Shown here one piece after another: positions 12,345 to 24,500 of a stretch of DNA of 64,000 bases. The DNA is from Dendrobates tinctorius (taxonomy: Eukaryota), in assembly GCF_039654945.1 (NCBI RefSeq), contig NW_027361824.1, positions 10,912,001 through 10,976,000 on the forward strand. Reading direction: 5' to 3'. Below the pieces are notes generated by a model, which saw only the letters and a list, made by a program, of their open reading frames with translations, had not been told where the DNA came from and did no database searches. Position numbers and translations under genes: made by a program. Every line of letters begins with the position of its first letter. Positions within the stretch are counted from its first letter, which is position 1.

Positions 12345-12995
12345 AGATGTTTTCTACTACCAGGTATGACCAAGACATATTAGAGATGGACGGGGTATGA
12401 ACTGGAAATTGTAAAGGACTTCAACCTACTCATATCAATGATCACTCAAGATGGAGCGAAGACACCGGAAGTCAATAGGGGAATAGTTATGGGAAAATCA
12501 ACAATGAAGTCACTGGACAAGGTTTTCAAATCGAGGAACATTTCACTGGCAACAAAGACACAGCTCGGACATAGTCTGGTCTTTTTTATGGTAACATACG
12601 GATGCGAAACCTGGACGATAAAGAAACAGAAGAAGAATCAACGCCTTTGAAATGTGGTGTTGGAGAAGGATGTTATCAATACCATGGATGGCAAGAAGAA
12701 AAAGCTTGGAACAAATCAGCCAGACATGTCCCTGGAAGGAAGGATCACCAAGCTACGAGTTGCCTAATTAGGACACATGATACGAAAAGATCATTGACTG
12801 GAGAAGGACATCATGGTCAGAAGAATAGAAGGAACAAGGCGAAGAGGAAAACCAGCAACCCGATGGTTTGATACTATCAAGATAATGGTGGAGAAGATCC
12901 TGGTGGACCGATCTAGGCTGGCACAAGATCGATCTTCCTACAGTTCGTTCATCCATCAAGTCATCATTGCTCAGGATCGAGCCAAAGGTCATTAA
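12345..12995 (+). mobile_element. RTE-clade LINE 3' fragment (degenerate)
   Basis: LDKVFKSRNISLATK..VTYGCETWTIKK..AFEMWCWRRML..LEKDIMV.RIEGTRRRGKPATRW read across frameshifts. Confidence 0.85.
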
Positions 12996-13277
12996 AATTC
13001 ATGGCCCTTGAACAGACATTAATTTTACATAAGGCAGTCTCCATGTTCCTGAGATGTAGGAAGCTGGTCACCTCAGGAATATATTTCATGTCCCTAACAC
13101 TGAAATGCTGTTTAAGGTTGCAACTACCGGCAACGTCTCCGCCATACACTACTATTCTAGAGGGCCGGTCTGTCATAAACCAGCCGTCCTTCTCAGGCAC
13201 GACTAAAGGTCTCAGGACATAGTATTTTCTCTTATTTTGGGATAATCCTAAATCGGGAAAAGAAAAATAATATACCC

Positions 13278-15180
13278 CATAACCTCCTTATCCAACATCA
13301 CTGAAGGGGAGCTTGCTCATCTCTCCAAATCACACCTCACCACTTGTGCACTTGACACCATCCCATCCCACCTCCTCCCCAACCTCGCCACCACTCTTAT
13401 CCCATCGCTAACCCACCTCTTCAACCTATCACTAACTTCCGGTAATAATATTAATAATAATCTTTATATAGCGCCAACATATTCCGCAGCGCTTTACAGT
13501 TTAAACCTTCCCTTTTGCTTTCAAACATGCCACAATCACGCCTATCCTCAAAAAGCCAACCCTCGACCCAACCGCTATGTCCAGCTATCGCCCAATATCA
13601 CTGCTCCCATTCGCTTCCAAACTCCTGGAGCAGCACGTCCATGCTGAACTTTCCTCCCACCTCTCATCTAACCTGCTTTTTGACAATCTACAATGTGGTT
13701 TCCGCCCCCATCACTCCACTGAGACAGCCCTGAGCAAAATTACTAACGACCTACTTACAGCCAAAGCGAACGGACAATACTCTATACTCCTGCTTCTAGA
13801 CCTGTCCTCTGCCTTCGATACAGTTGACCACTGCCTCCTACTACAGATCCTCTCTTCCTTTGGCAGCAAAGACCTTGCACTATCCTGGATCTCCTCATAC
13901 CTCTCCAACCGCACATTCAGCGTCTCCCATTCCCACACTACCTCCTCATCCCACCCGCTCTCTGTTGGAGTCCCCCAAGGCTCTGTTCTAGGACCTCTAC
14001 TCTTCTCAATCTATACACTTGGTCTGGGGCAACTCATAAAGTCCCATGGATTCCAGTACCATCTTTATGCCGATGATACTCAGATCTACCTCTCTGGCCC
14101 AGACGTCACCTCTCTGCTCTCCAGAATCCTGGAGTGTCTATCAGCCATATCCTCCTTCTCCTCCCGCTTCCTCAAACTGAATGTGGACAAATCTGAACTC
14201 ATCATCTTTCCTCCATCTCACAGATCTTCCTTACCTGACCTATCTATCACAATTAACGACATCACGCTTTCCCCCGTACCGGAGGTCCGCTGCCTCGGAG
14301 TAACCCTTGACTCTGCCCTGTCCTTCAAACCGCACATCCAAGCTCTTTCCACCTCCTGCCGCCTCCAGCTCAAAAATATTTCCAGAATCCGTCCCTTCCT
14401 CAACCCTCACTGTACTAAAATGCTTCTGCATGCCCTCATCATCTCCCGCCTCGACTACTGCAACATCCTTTTCTGTGGTCTCCCTGCTAACACCCTCGCA
14501 CCTCTCCAGTCCATCCTCAACTCTGCTGCCCGACTAATCCATCTCTCTCCTCGCTACTCCTCCGCTTCTCCCCTCTGCAAATCTCTTCACTGGCTTCCAT
14601 TCCCTCAGCGTATCCAGTTCAAATGGTTAATACTGACCTACAAGGCCATCTATAACCTGTCTCCTCCATACATCTCTGAACTAATCTCCAGATACCTCCC
14701 CTCAGGTAATCTCCGGTCCTCCCAAGACCTCCTTCTCTCCTCCACACTTATTCGCTCTTCACCCAACTGCCTCCAAGACTTCTCCCGAATAGCCCCCATC
14801 CTCTGGAATTCCCTGCCCCAACACGTCCGGCTATGAACCACACTCGGATCTTTCAGACGGAACCTGAAAACCCATCTATTCAGGAAAGCCTACAGCCTGC
14901 AATGACCCCGCTACCTCCTTCTCTCTCACCACTACCGGTGATATCACCTCAACCAACACCAGAACTACTGCAACCCCCCCAACCTACTGTCTCCTTCCCC
15001 ACCATCCTGTAGAATGTAAGCCCGAAAGGGCAGGGTCCTCTCTCCCCTCTGTATCAGTCTGTCATTGTTAGTTTGTTTACTGTTAACGATATCTATAACT
15101 TTGTATGTAACCCCTTCTCATGTACAGCACCATGGAATCAATGGCGCTATATAAATAAATATTAATAATAATAATAATTT
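13278..15180 (+). mobile_element. L2-clade LINE, 5'-truncated, RT ORF 13577-14836
   Basis: [45 protein letters not shown]; 3' tail GGCGCTATATAAATAAAT..(AAT)n. Confidence 0.93.
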
Positions 15181-15841
15181 ATCTACATGGACGCAAGGAG
15201 AGGTGTCATTAAATATCTCGTTGTTACATCTTTTCGTCTAAATAAATCCATTTTTCCAGTTTGGGGCATCAGTAGGGCTATGTCCACTTGGTCTTCTCTA
15301 TCTTTTTTCAAACCCTACAGATTGGATTTCTTGTCTTCCTCTGATCTGTCTTTTGGATGTAAATCTCTGTAAACGTCGGTCCCACTCAAAGGGACGATTC
15401 CTTGCTCATCTCTCAAGGTGCTGTCATGGGTAAAAGGAAAAATGATAATTATACTAACCGGTAATTTGTTTTTTCCAGCGCCTATGACAGGACCCCTTAG
15501 TTCTCTCCTATTTGGGTGTTACATTGTTGGGGGTCATGTCACCAAGGTGCTATATAAAAAATATATAAATGTTTACATAAATGAACCACATGAAGGAGAC
15601 TTCTTTCTTGAAAACCACAGAGGAATGGTCGGAGGCCCTACCTTTTTTGTATCCGCAGGCTTCCGGTCCTGGGAGGTAGACCTTCAGTCATAGCGCTGTC
15701 ACAGATTTCGAAAAATTGAAATTACCAGTTAGAGTACGGTAATTATAATTATAATTTTCATGTATCCTCGTAATTACAGCAACACTGGAACCACAATCAA
15801 TATATGAATACATCACCAGAACCACTGTCATTAAAGAAATA

Positions 15842-16573
15842 CCGTATATACTCGTGTATAAGCCGAGCTTTTCAGCACACTTTTTTGAATGAAAACGCCC
15901 CCCTCGGCTTATAAATGAGTCAATGTCCCAGAAGTTGGCGGAGGAGGAGGGAGTGCCGGAGCAGTAGGTCACAGGAGGCAGGTGGCTGCAGCTGTAATTG
16001 TGCCCGCTGCTAAAGAGAAATGAATATTCACTGCACTGGCAATGAATATTCATTTCTCTTATAGCGTGCACAGTTACATCCGGAGCCGCCAGCTTCCATC
16101 AGCTGGAACCCTCCTACTTACCTTCCCTGCGCGCCCTCGCAGCATCTTTTTCCGGCGTCCAGCAGCTCTTGCGGCCGGGCGATCAGGTGTCCCCGGTGAG
16201 TGGAGCGAGGTGCATATTCATTACTTTAATGAATGAGCGGGGACATGTGATCACTCGGCCGCAGGAACTGCTGGAAGCCAGAACAAGATGCTGCAAGGGC
16301 ACGTAGGGAAGGTAAGTAGGAGGTTTTTTTGTAATGCTTTTCTCAATGGGGGCCATGCTTTCAAAGATAGGGATGAGGAACCATGCATACCAGGACAGGG
16401 ATGAGTAGCCATGCAGACAAGGACAGGGATGAGGAGCCATGCAGACAAGGACAGGGATAAGGGGACAATGCATATCTGGCTTATACTCGAGTCAATACAT
16501 TTTCCCAGTTTTTTGTGGCAAAATTAGGTGCCTCCGCTTATACTCGGGTCGACTTATACACAAGTATATACGT
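15842..16573. mobile_element. Non-autonomous Tc1/mariner-type MITE
   Basis: TIRs CCGTATATACTCGTGTATAAG / CTTATACACAAGTATATACG with TA flanks; internal palindrome near 16005-16060. Confidence 0.75.
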
Positions 16574-17052
16574 TACATCACCAGATCCTCCAAGAGTACA
16601 TGAACACATCACCAGAGTCACCAACAGTACATGAATACCTCACCAGTACTACAGTCATTACAGAAATATATTACCAGAACCACCAACAGTTCAGAAATAT
16701 AGCATCTCCAGAACAATCATCAGTACAGGAAAACAGCATCATCAGAAGCACTATCAATACAGGGATACAGCATCACTAGAACCACCAACAGTACATAAAA
16801 ACATCACCAGCAGAACCACCAACAGTACATGAATACGTCAACAAGCATAGAAAAGCAATGTCATGGAGTCCCATATACAATTATATCACCTGAACCTACA
16901 ACTCCCAGTGTGTCCTTAAACATTTAAAGAGTAATTTCAAATCTCTCCCAAAAGTTGTTTTTGGCTCTTTAGTTATGAGCAATTCGGTGGTGCCAGGGTC
17001 CAAGGAACCCCCACCAATTGCTCAAAAGACGCAGCTTGGGAGACAGTACTAT

Positions 17053-17443
17053 GGGCCTGATTCATCAAATGTTTTCCATCAACAAAGTGGCATGAACATT
17101 TTGAAAGGTCACAAAAACTTCGTGCAACTCAGAGTTGCACCAAATTTTTTTGACTTTTTACTTTTTCACACTGATTTTGTCTAGCTCTGCCAAAATGGGA
17201 TGGGTGGTGGGCTTTGAGACACGGACGTGATATCACAAACTGTCTAATAAATGACGAGCTGTGCTGTTCCTTACACCAGAAATCGTATTCCAGTCAGAGA
17301 CCGGAATAAGACTTCTGGCATGGCGCATGTCACTTGTCAGACGTTACTGATTTATTAAGAGGCGTGCACATCTTTATGAATCAGGAACTTCTAACTCCTC
17401 ATCAAGACTGGCAATAAAATCACCAATCTTCATGAATCAGGCC
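17053..17443. mobile_element. MITE with GGCCTGATTCAT terminal inverted repeats
   Basis: GGGCCTGATTCATCAA ... TTCATGAATCAGGCC. Confidence 0.7.
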
Positions 17444-18109
17444 TTACGACTTTTCTATTGCATTTGTGCTCTGCTGTGTCCTCTCCTGACTTTTGAGCTG
17501 CACTCTCCTAACAGGTTGTTTAAGCAATTGATGGGGGTCTCAGGACCTGGATCCCACCGAATTGTTTAGAAATAAAGTACCTAACAGTAAAAAAAAAAAA
17601 AATCTCCCAAATGTTTAGTTATTCTTTAAGGTGCATTTACACTGGCCAATAATCAAGACCCAAATATCAGCCAATCTGAACAGTCTGTCAATCATCCGAT
17701 GCACGTTTGTTAGTCGGGTGAAATAATTTTTAAGGTTGCTTAAATATTGTTGTCGGCAGCCCATCGTCCCCTTAAAATTAACAGTGTCATTATAATGGCC
17801 TTTTAATAAAAATAACTACCCATATTGTGCCCCAAATTTACCCTACGCTGTGCTCCTGAGTAAATGATTCCCCTCGCTGGGCTCCTTGCACAAAATATGA
17901 TCTCTACACTGCCCTCTCTTATTGAGTATTACCTCCACACTGCCCTCCCTTATGAACTATGGTAAACACTTCACACTCTCCTTATCTCCATGATGCCACT
18001 CCAATTCTCTTCTTCACAATGTAATCCAGTGTTGCAGTATATAGTGAAATTAAGGATCTCTGCACAAAAATGGTGTTTGGCCATAACTGCAATTATCATC
18101 TAATCATGG

Positions 18110-18259
18110 AAACTCCATTTTTAGACATGTGTTTTGGGGTGTTGCCCCTCAGCAGTGCAAAGCAAGAGATCTGATTTTGATGAATGAGAGACTTTTGACT
18201 GCAGTTTGCACCGATGAAGGGCAAACGCCACGAAACATGTGTCTGCAAATGGAGTTTCT
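18110..18259. repeat. Inverted repeat whose arms are degenerate minimal hammerhead-ribozyme motifs (Penelope pLTR-like)
   Basis: Plus arm 18205-18249 TTTGCA-CCGATGA-AGGGCAAACGCCAC-GAAAC-ATGT-GTC-TGCAAA; minus arm 18118-18161 TTTGCA-CTGCTGA-GGGGCAACACCCC-AAAAC-ACAT-GTC-TAAAA. Confidence 0.7.
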
Positions 18260-18499
18260 GTTTTGGCTTTTATCTTAAGTCCTGTGACTCGTTAAAGGGT
18301 CAATATTGACTTTTAGGATTGCTACATCCCCTAGGAGGTGCCAGAGATCTAGTCCTCTTCGTTTTGAAGAAGCTATTTGCATACTAAAATTCCTAGGCAT
18401 GGCCTATAAGTCTCCTTACACAGGCTTGGCACTCTCTGCAGGGAGAAGAGTATGCCCCTAGAAGATATTCAGACTGGAGATTCTGGTGCCTGAAGTTTC

Positions 18500-18505
18500 T
18501 TTATT
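18500..18505 (-). terminator. Candidate DNAJB13 polyadenylation signal (AATAAA)
   Basis: TTTATT on the + strand, about 65 nt downstream of the DNAJB13 stop codon. Confidence 0.55.
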
Positions 18506-18571
18506 ACCATTGCCCACAGGTCGTACTGGTAATTATCGGACACGTGACTGGTCTATAATGGCGCTCACGTC

Positions 18572-21500
18572 TCAGGACAGGAGGGCTTTCCGGAGCAGCT
18601 GCTTCTTCTCTGGCGTCAGGTGTTCTGGAAACTGGATATCAAACTGGATAATGAGGTCGCCCTTCACGGTGCGGTCGCAGGACGTCCGCATCCCCTCCCC
18701 GGGGACCACTTTACTGTATTTGGGGCTGTTGGAGAAGAACATAATTGTGTCATTATCCTAACAACCACATGGGGATCCGCCGAAGAACTCGACAAGATGC
18801 CCCCTACAGGCAGAAATCACAGGGGGTTCGCTCCTTCCTCTAGGTGACACAAGGGGTTAATAACTTACTGTACGATGTCATTGATGGGAATGTTTAATAT
18901 CCGGTCATCCAATGTTTCCACTTCCACTGTGCAGCCTGTCAGCGCCTGCCAAACACAAGAGGTGAGGGGTTAAGTGTTGCCCCCTGCTGGGTAGGATAAG
19001 GTACTGCTCAGAAAATAAAAATAAGGAGACAAATAACATATATCAGACGAATAAAAGATTCAGACTTAGGGTAGATGGCGATTTTGGAAAAAAATTGGAC
19101 TTGGTTGGTTGAAGTGTGACGGCGTTCACTAGTATTAGGTGAAAGGGCTGGCGGAATACACCGAATAATAAAAGATGGTAATGTGGTGCGTTCGCAGCCC
19201 GGGGTCCACCGTGCAGAGATGGTAGACTGCTGCTCGGTAATGGCGGACAGAAACTGGCGGTATAGCAGACACACAAGGGTTAACTTCACCCGGTGAATAG
19301 GAGGCGAACCCTGTTGCTTCACAGGGCCGCGATACCGCAGAGTGAACACTAGGACCCTGCCCCAAGGACACGGGGTTAGAGTCCCTCTAGAGCCACCAGT
19401 GTTCGGCGCCGCAACTGAGACGCCAGGGCGAGACCCTTACTGAACGCTGTGCCGTTAACAGCCACAGGGTGCAGCGGATAGCTCAATACCGCACAAAGTA
19501 CGCACAGCGCAGCTCTGGCGGACGCCACTAACCAGCCTAAGCTTTGAGTTGGAAAGCGCATTAGTGGTGCACGGCGCCGCTCAGGCTGATGTCGTGAATG
19601 TGCGGTGTGCGGTACCGTAGTGCGTAGTGTAGCACACACTGGCGATAGCATGTGATGGGAGCTGGGAGCACTGCGGCGCTAGGCAGTGCCACTACCCGGC
19701 GCTGACTGGAACTCTAAACCCTAACAACATACATATCAGAGGGAAGGGGTTTCATAATGAGTCAGTCAGCGGTTCACAAGCATCCATCATCACACCACTA
19801 CAAATTACAGTGGCCATGCGAACCTTTTATAGCAGTGTCCTTCCGGGACCTTCCTGATGGTCCAATCCGAGCTGGAGAAGGACCTGAGCACGTGACCTCC
19901 GACCTCCAATGAGAGGTCGTTCCACGGGCATGCTCAGTAGGCTGCAAAAAGGACTCTGGAGCTGCTCGCTGCTGGCTAGTGCGGATTGCCAAAGTTGACC
20001 CAGAGGTGGCGGCAGCAACCAACCTGACAGCACTCGCCTGAGCAATACGCTGGGAACGACGTCTTTGCTGAGCAGCCTCCTCTGCGGCTGGGACTGAATG
20101 GAAGACCGCAGAAGGCAAGGCTCGAGATTCCTGCTGTGCAGGGGCAGGAATCCAACGCCTAACATTAGGCTGCGATGTAGCTGCCATACTTCGCAATCTT
20201 TGGCTACCCCTCTCGTGTCGACACCAAGCCCCGGCCCCTGGCCGACAACATTTCTTGATATAATTACCGGTAGTAATTTGTCACAATGGTGAATGAAAAA
20301 ATTAAATTATCAAAAAAACGAGGGCCGGACTCCGAGTCACTGTGGCACGAAGCGTAAGGTCTGACAATGGCTCTGAGGATTTAATTCTGGCACCTAACAG
20401 CTCTCAGGGCACCGCTGGCATCATGTGGAAGTTTGTGCAACCCTCTTAAAGGCCTGAGAGAGGAGCAGGATCCCAATTCTGGGGGTCTGAGGGAGAGTGC
20501 AGATGCCTAATCCTGGGGTCTGAGGGAGGGTGCAGATGCCTAATCCTGGGGGTCTGAGGGAGGGTGCAGATGCCTAATCCTGGGGGTCTGAGGGAGGGTG
20601 CAGATGCCTGATCCTCGAGATCTGAGTGAAGGAGCAGGTGCCCAATCCAGGGCTCTGAGGGAAGGAGCAGATGCCCGGTCCTGGGGGTCTGAGGGAGGGA
20701 GCAGGTGCCTGATCCTGGGGTCTGAGGGAGGGAACAGGTGCCCGATCCTGGGGGTCTGAGGAAGGGAACAGGTGCCCGATCCTGGGGGTCTGTGGGAGGC
20801 AGCAGGTGCCCGATCCTGGGAGTCTGCGGGAAGGAGCAGGTGCCCAATCCTGGGGGTCTGAGGGAGGGAGCAGGTGCCCGATCCTGGGAATCTGCGGGAA
20901 GGAGCAGGTGCCCGATCCTGGGGGTCTGAGGGAGGGAGCAGGTGCCCGATCCTGGGGGTCTGCGGGAGGGAGCAGGTGCTCGATCCTGGGGGTCTGAGGG
21001 AGGGAGCAGGTGCCCGATCCTGGGGGTCTGCGGGAGGGAGCAGGTGCCCGATCCTGGGGGTCTGCGGGAAGGAGCAGGTTCCCAATCCGGGAAGTCTGAT
21101 GGAGGGAGCAGGTGCCCGATCCTGGGGGTATTAGGGAGGGAGCAGGTATCTGATCCTGGGGGTGTGAGGAAGGGAGTAGGTGCCTGATCCTGGGGGTCTG
21201 AGGGAAGGAGCAGATGCCCGGTCCTTGGGGTCTTAGGGAGGGAGGAGGCATCTGTTCCTGGGGGTCTGAGGAAGGGAGTAGGTGCCCAGTCCTGGGGGTC
21301 TGAGGGAAGAAGCAGATGCCCGGTCCTGGGGGATCTCAGCGATGGAGCAGGTGCCCGATCCTGGGGGTCTGAGGGAGCAGGTGTCTGATCCTGGAGGTCT
21401 GAGGAAGGGAGTAGGTGCCTGATCCTGGGGTCTGAGGGAGGGAACAGGTGTCCGATCCTGGGGGTCTGAGGGAGGGAGCAGGTGCCCGATCCTGAGAGTC

Positions 21501-24500
21501 TGCGGGAGGGAGCAGGTGCCCGATCCTGGGAGTCTGCTAGAAGGAGCAGGTGCCCGATCCTGTGGGTCTTAGGGAGGGAGCAGGCACCTGATCCTTGGGT
21601 CTGAGGGAGGGAGCAGGTTCCCAATCCGGGAGGTCTGATGGAGGGAGCAGGTGTCCGATCCTGGGGGTCTGAGGGAGGGAGCAGGTGCCCGATCCTGGGA
21701 GTCTGCGGGAGGAAGCAGGTGCCCGATCCTGGGAGTCTGCTAGAAGGAGCAGGTGTCCGATCCTGTGGGTCTTAGGGAGGGAGCAGGCATCTGATCCTTG
21801 GGTCTGAGGGAGGGAGCAGGTTCCCAATCCGGGAGGTCTGATGGAGGGAGCAGGTGCCCGATCCTGGGGGTCTTAGGGAGGGAGCAGGTATCTGATCCTG
21901 GGGTCTCAGGGAGGAAGCAGGTTCCCGATCCTGGGGGTCTGAGGAAGGGAGCAGATGCCTGATTCTGGTCTGGCCATGCTCCTTCGGTTCCTCCAGTCTA
22001 TGTTTCTGTCGGTCTCTCCTGCTGTAACGACCGTTGTCCTGATTTCTGCTCCGCTCCCCTGAAATGGTGCTGGGAGGCAAAGCACACCTTCCCATGGTGG
22101 CATGTTAGAATGTGGCAGCTTGGAAGCGCTCATGATAGGACTAGTGACATGGATACGGACACAAGTGAAGAACTATAGGATGATCCACCAGGAAGGATCA
22201 GGTGAGAGGACTTGACCTTTAGGGTCTCCCCTTCTAGAGCTCCTGTCGTCATTGTCACCGTTGTTTCCGGCGTATACATGATACATAGAGCACAGGACGC
22301 AGCTAGGGCTCCATAGGCGACAGCAGGTGACCGGTCCACTAGTGACAGTGTCCCCAGTGTGCTCTGGTCACAGCCTCACGCCCGTCTCTGCTCCGCGCTC
22401 TGCGGTTTATATGATCGTGCTCGCTCTGGGGTTGCCATGGTGTTATCAACAGAATCCTGTCTGAGGGCTTCTGGTCACATGACAGGAAGTTCATCTGAAT
22501 ACTTTGCTGCCTCTACTATGGCGACCCCAGAGCGAGCACGATGTCCACAGCTCCTCCTCGGGCTGGTGGTGCAGCGTGGGTTACACATCGCATCGGTGCG
22601 CACACATTTCTCGTTTTTTTCTTACTTTGCCAAGTTCGATGTTCGCTGTGTGGATCAGATTGTCCCCCTGTCGTATAAAGCGGGGGTGGGGCTTCTCCTT
22701 CACGATAAACACGATGTCTGCGGGGACGATGTTCGGGCCCTAAACACAGAATAAAATGTTATATTATTTCTAAAAGAGACAATCGGCATAAATGAGGCAG
22801 CGGAGAAGCGGCTGCTTGTGACCTGGTCGCCTTCTTTGGGGAACTTGACCCTGGTACCCGCTTTCCATCCAGGATGGACGTCTATGGAGAGGATCTTATC
22901 TCGTGTATTGGATGTATGGCCGTCTTCATTCATTACCTGCGGTCATAGAAATACGTATTATATATGTATCCATACAGCCGTAACCTGCTCCTGGGGTTCT
23001 GAGAGAACAAGGGCTTGGTCCTGGGAATCTGAGGGAAGGAGCAGGTGCCCGGTCCTGGGAATCTGAGGGAAGGAGCAGGTGCCCGGTCCTGGGAATCTGA
23101 GGGAAGGAGCAGGTGCCCGGTCCTGGGAATCTGAGGGAAGGAGCAGGTGCCCGATCCTGGGAATCTGAGGGAAGGAGCAGGTGCCCGGTCCTGGGAATCT
23201 GAGGGAAGGAGCAGGTGCCCGGTCCTGGGAATCTGAGGGAAGGAGCAGGTGCCCGGTCCTGAGAATCTGAGGGAAGGAGCAGGTGCCCGGTCCTGAGAAT
23301 CTGAGGGAAGGAGCAGGTGCCCGGTCCTGGGAATCTGAGGGAAGGAGCAGGTGCCCGGTCCTGGGAATCTGAGGGAAGGAGCAGGTGCCCGGTCCTGGGA
23401 ATCTGAGGGAAGGAGCAGGTGCCCGGTCCTGGGAATCTGAGGGAAGGAGCAGGTGCCCGGTCCTGGGAATCTGAGGGAAGGAGCAGGTGCCCGGTCCTGG
23501 GAATCTGAGGGAAGGAGCAGGTGCCCGGTCCTGGGAATCTGAGGGAAGGAGCAGGTGCCCGGTCCTGGGAATCTGAGGGAAGGAGCAGGTGCCCGGTCCT
23601 GGGAATCTGAGGGAAGGAGCAGGTGCCCGGTCCTGGGAATCTGAGGGAAGGAGCAGGTGCCCGGTCCTGGGAATCTGAGGGAAGGAGCAGGTGCCTGGTC
23701 CTGGGAATCTGAGGGAAGGAGCAGGTGCCCGGTCCTGGGAATCTGAGGGAAGGAGCAGGTGCCCGGTCCTGGGAATCTGAGGGAAGGAGCAGGTGCCCGG
23801 TCCTGGGAATCTGAGGGAAGGAGCAGGTGCCCGGTCCTGGGAATCTGAGGGAAGGAGCAGGTGCCCGGTCCTGGGAATCTGAGGGAAGGAGCAGGTGCCC
23901 AGTCCTGAGAATCTGAGGGAGGGAGCAGGTGCCCGGTCCTGGGAATCTGAGGGAAGGAGCAGGTGCCCGGTCCTGGGAATCTGAGGGAGGGAGCAGGTGC
24001 CCGGTCCTGAAATCTGAGGGTGCAGGTACCCGGTACTGTGGGCCTGAGGGAGCTAGCAGGTGCCTGATACTAAGGGTCTGAGGGAGCAGGTGCCCGGTCC
24101 TCTGGGTCTGAGTGAGGAAGCAGGTGCCCAGTCCTGGAGGTTTGAGTGAGGGAGCATGTGCCCGCTCCAGGGGGGGCCTGAGGAACGGGGCAGGTGCTTG
24201 GTCCTGGGGATCTCAGTGAGAGAGCAGGTGCCCATTCAGGGGGGAAGCTGAGGGAGGGAATATGTGCTTGGTCCTGGGGGTCTGAGGGAGGGAGCAGGTA
24301 ACTGATACTGGGGTCTGAGGGATGGAGCAGTTGCCTTATATTGGGGTCTGAGGGAGCAGGTGTCCGTTCTTGGGGGTCTGAGGGAGGGAGCAGGTCCCCA
24401 CTCCTGGGGGGCTGAGGGAGGGGGCAGGTGCCTGATACTGAGAGTCTGAGGGAGCAGGTGACTGGTTCTGGGGGGTTTGAAGGGGTGAGCCGGTGCCCAC

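Larger units (their letters stand above)
10560..15740 (+). mobile_element. Fragmented DIRS-like (tyrosine recombinase) retrotransposon fossil, interrupted by two MITEs, an RTE and an L2
   Basis: With the insertions removed: RNase H-like IQGRW..LKALQAFLPH..HIKTMSDNTTVV..LSRPGGT (about 10860-11760), DLFA..FFS..DAL (about 11910-11985), recombinase C-terminus SQDIV..|..DARRGVIKYL..TWSS..YRLD..SDLSFG (about 13210 and 15187-15372), and terminal GCTGTCATGG...ATGACAG inverted motifs (15415-15740). Confidence 0.7.

Noticed and set aside
12345-12995. Calling the RTE fragments BovB (snake-to-frog transfer)
   Set aside because: The motifs are RTE-generic and differ from BovB as I recall it; they cannot be assigned without a search.
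18118-18249. Functional self-cleaving ribozyme in the DNAJB13 3'UTR
   Set aside because: Both copies have substitutions in conserved core positions and lie beyond the likely poly(A) signal at 18500-18505.
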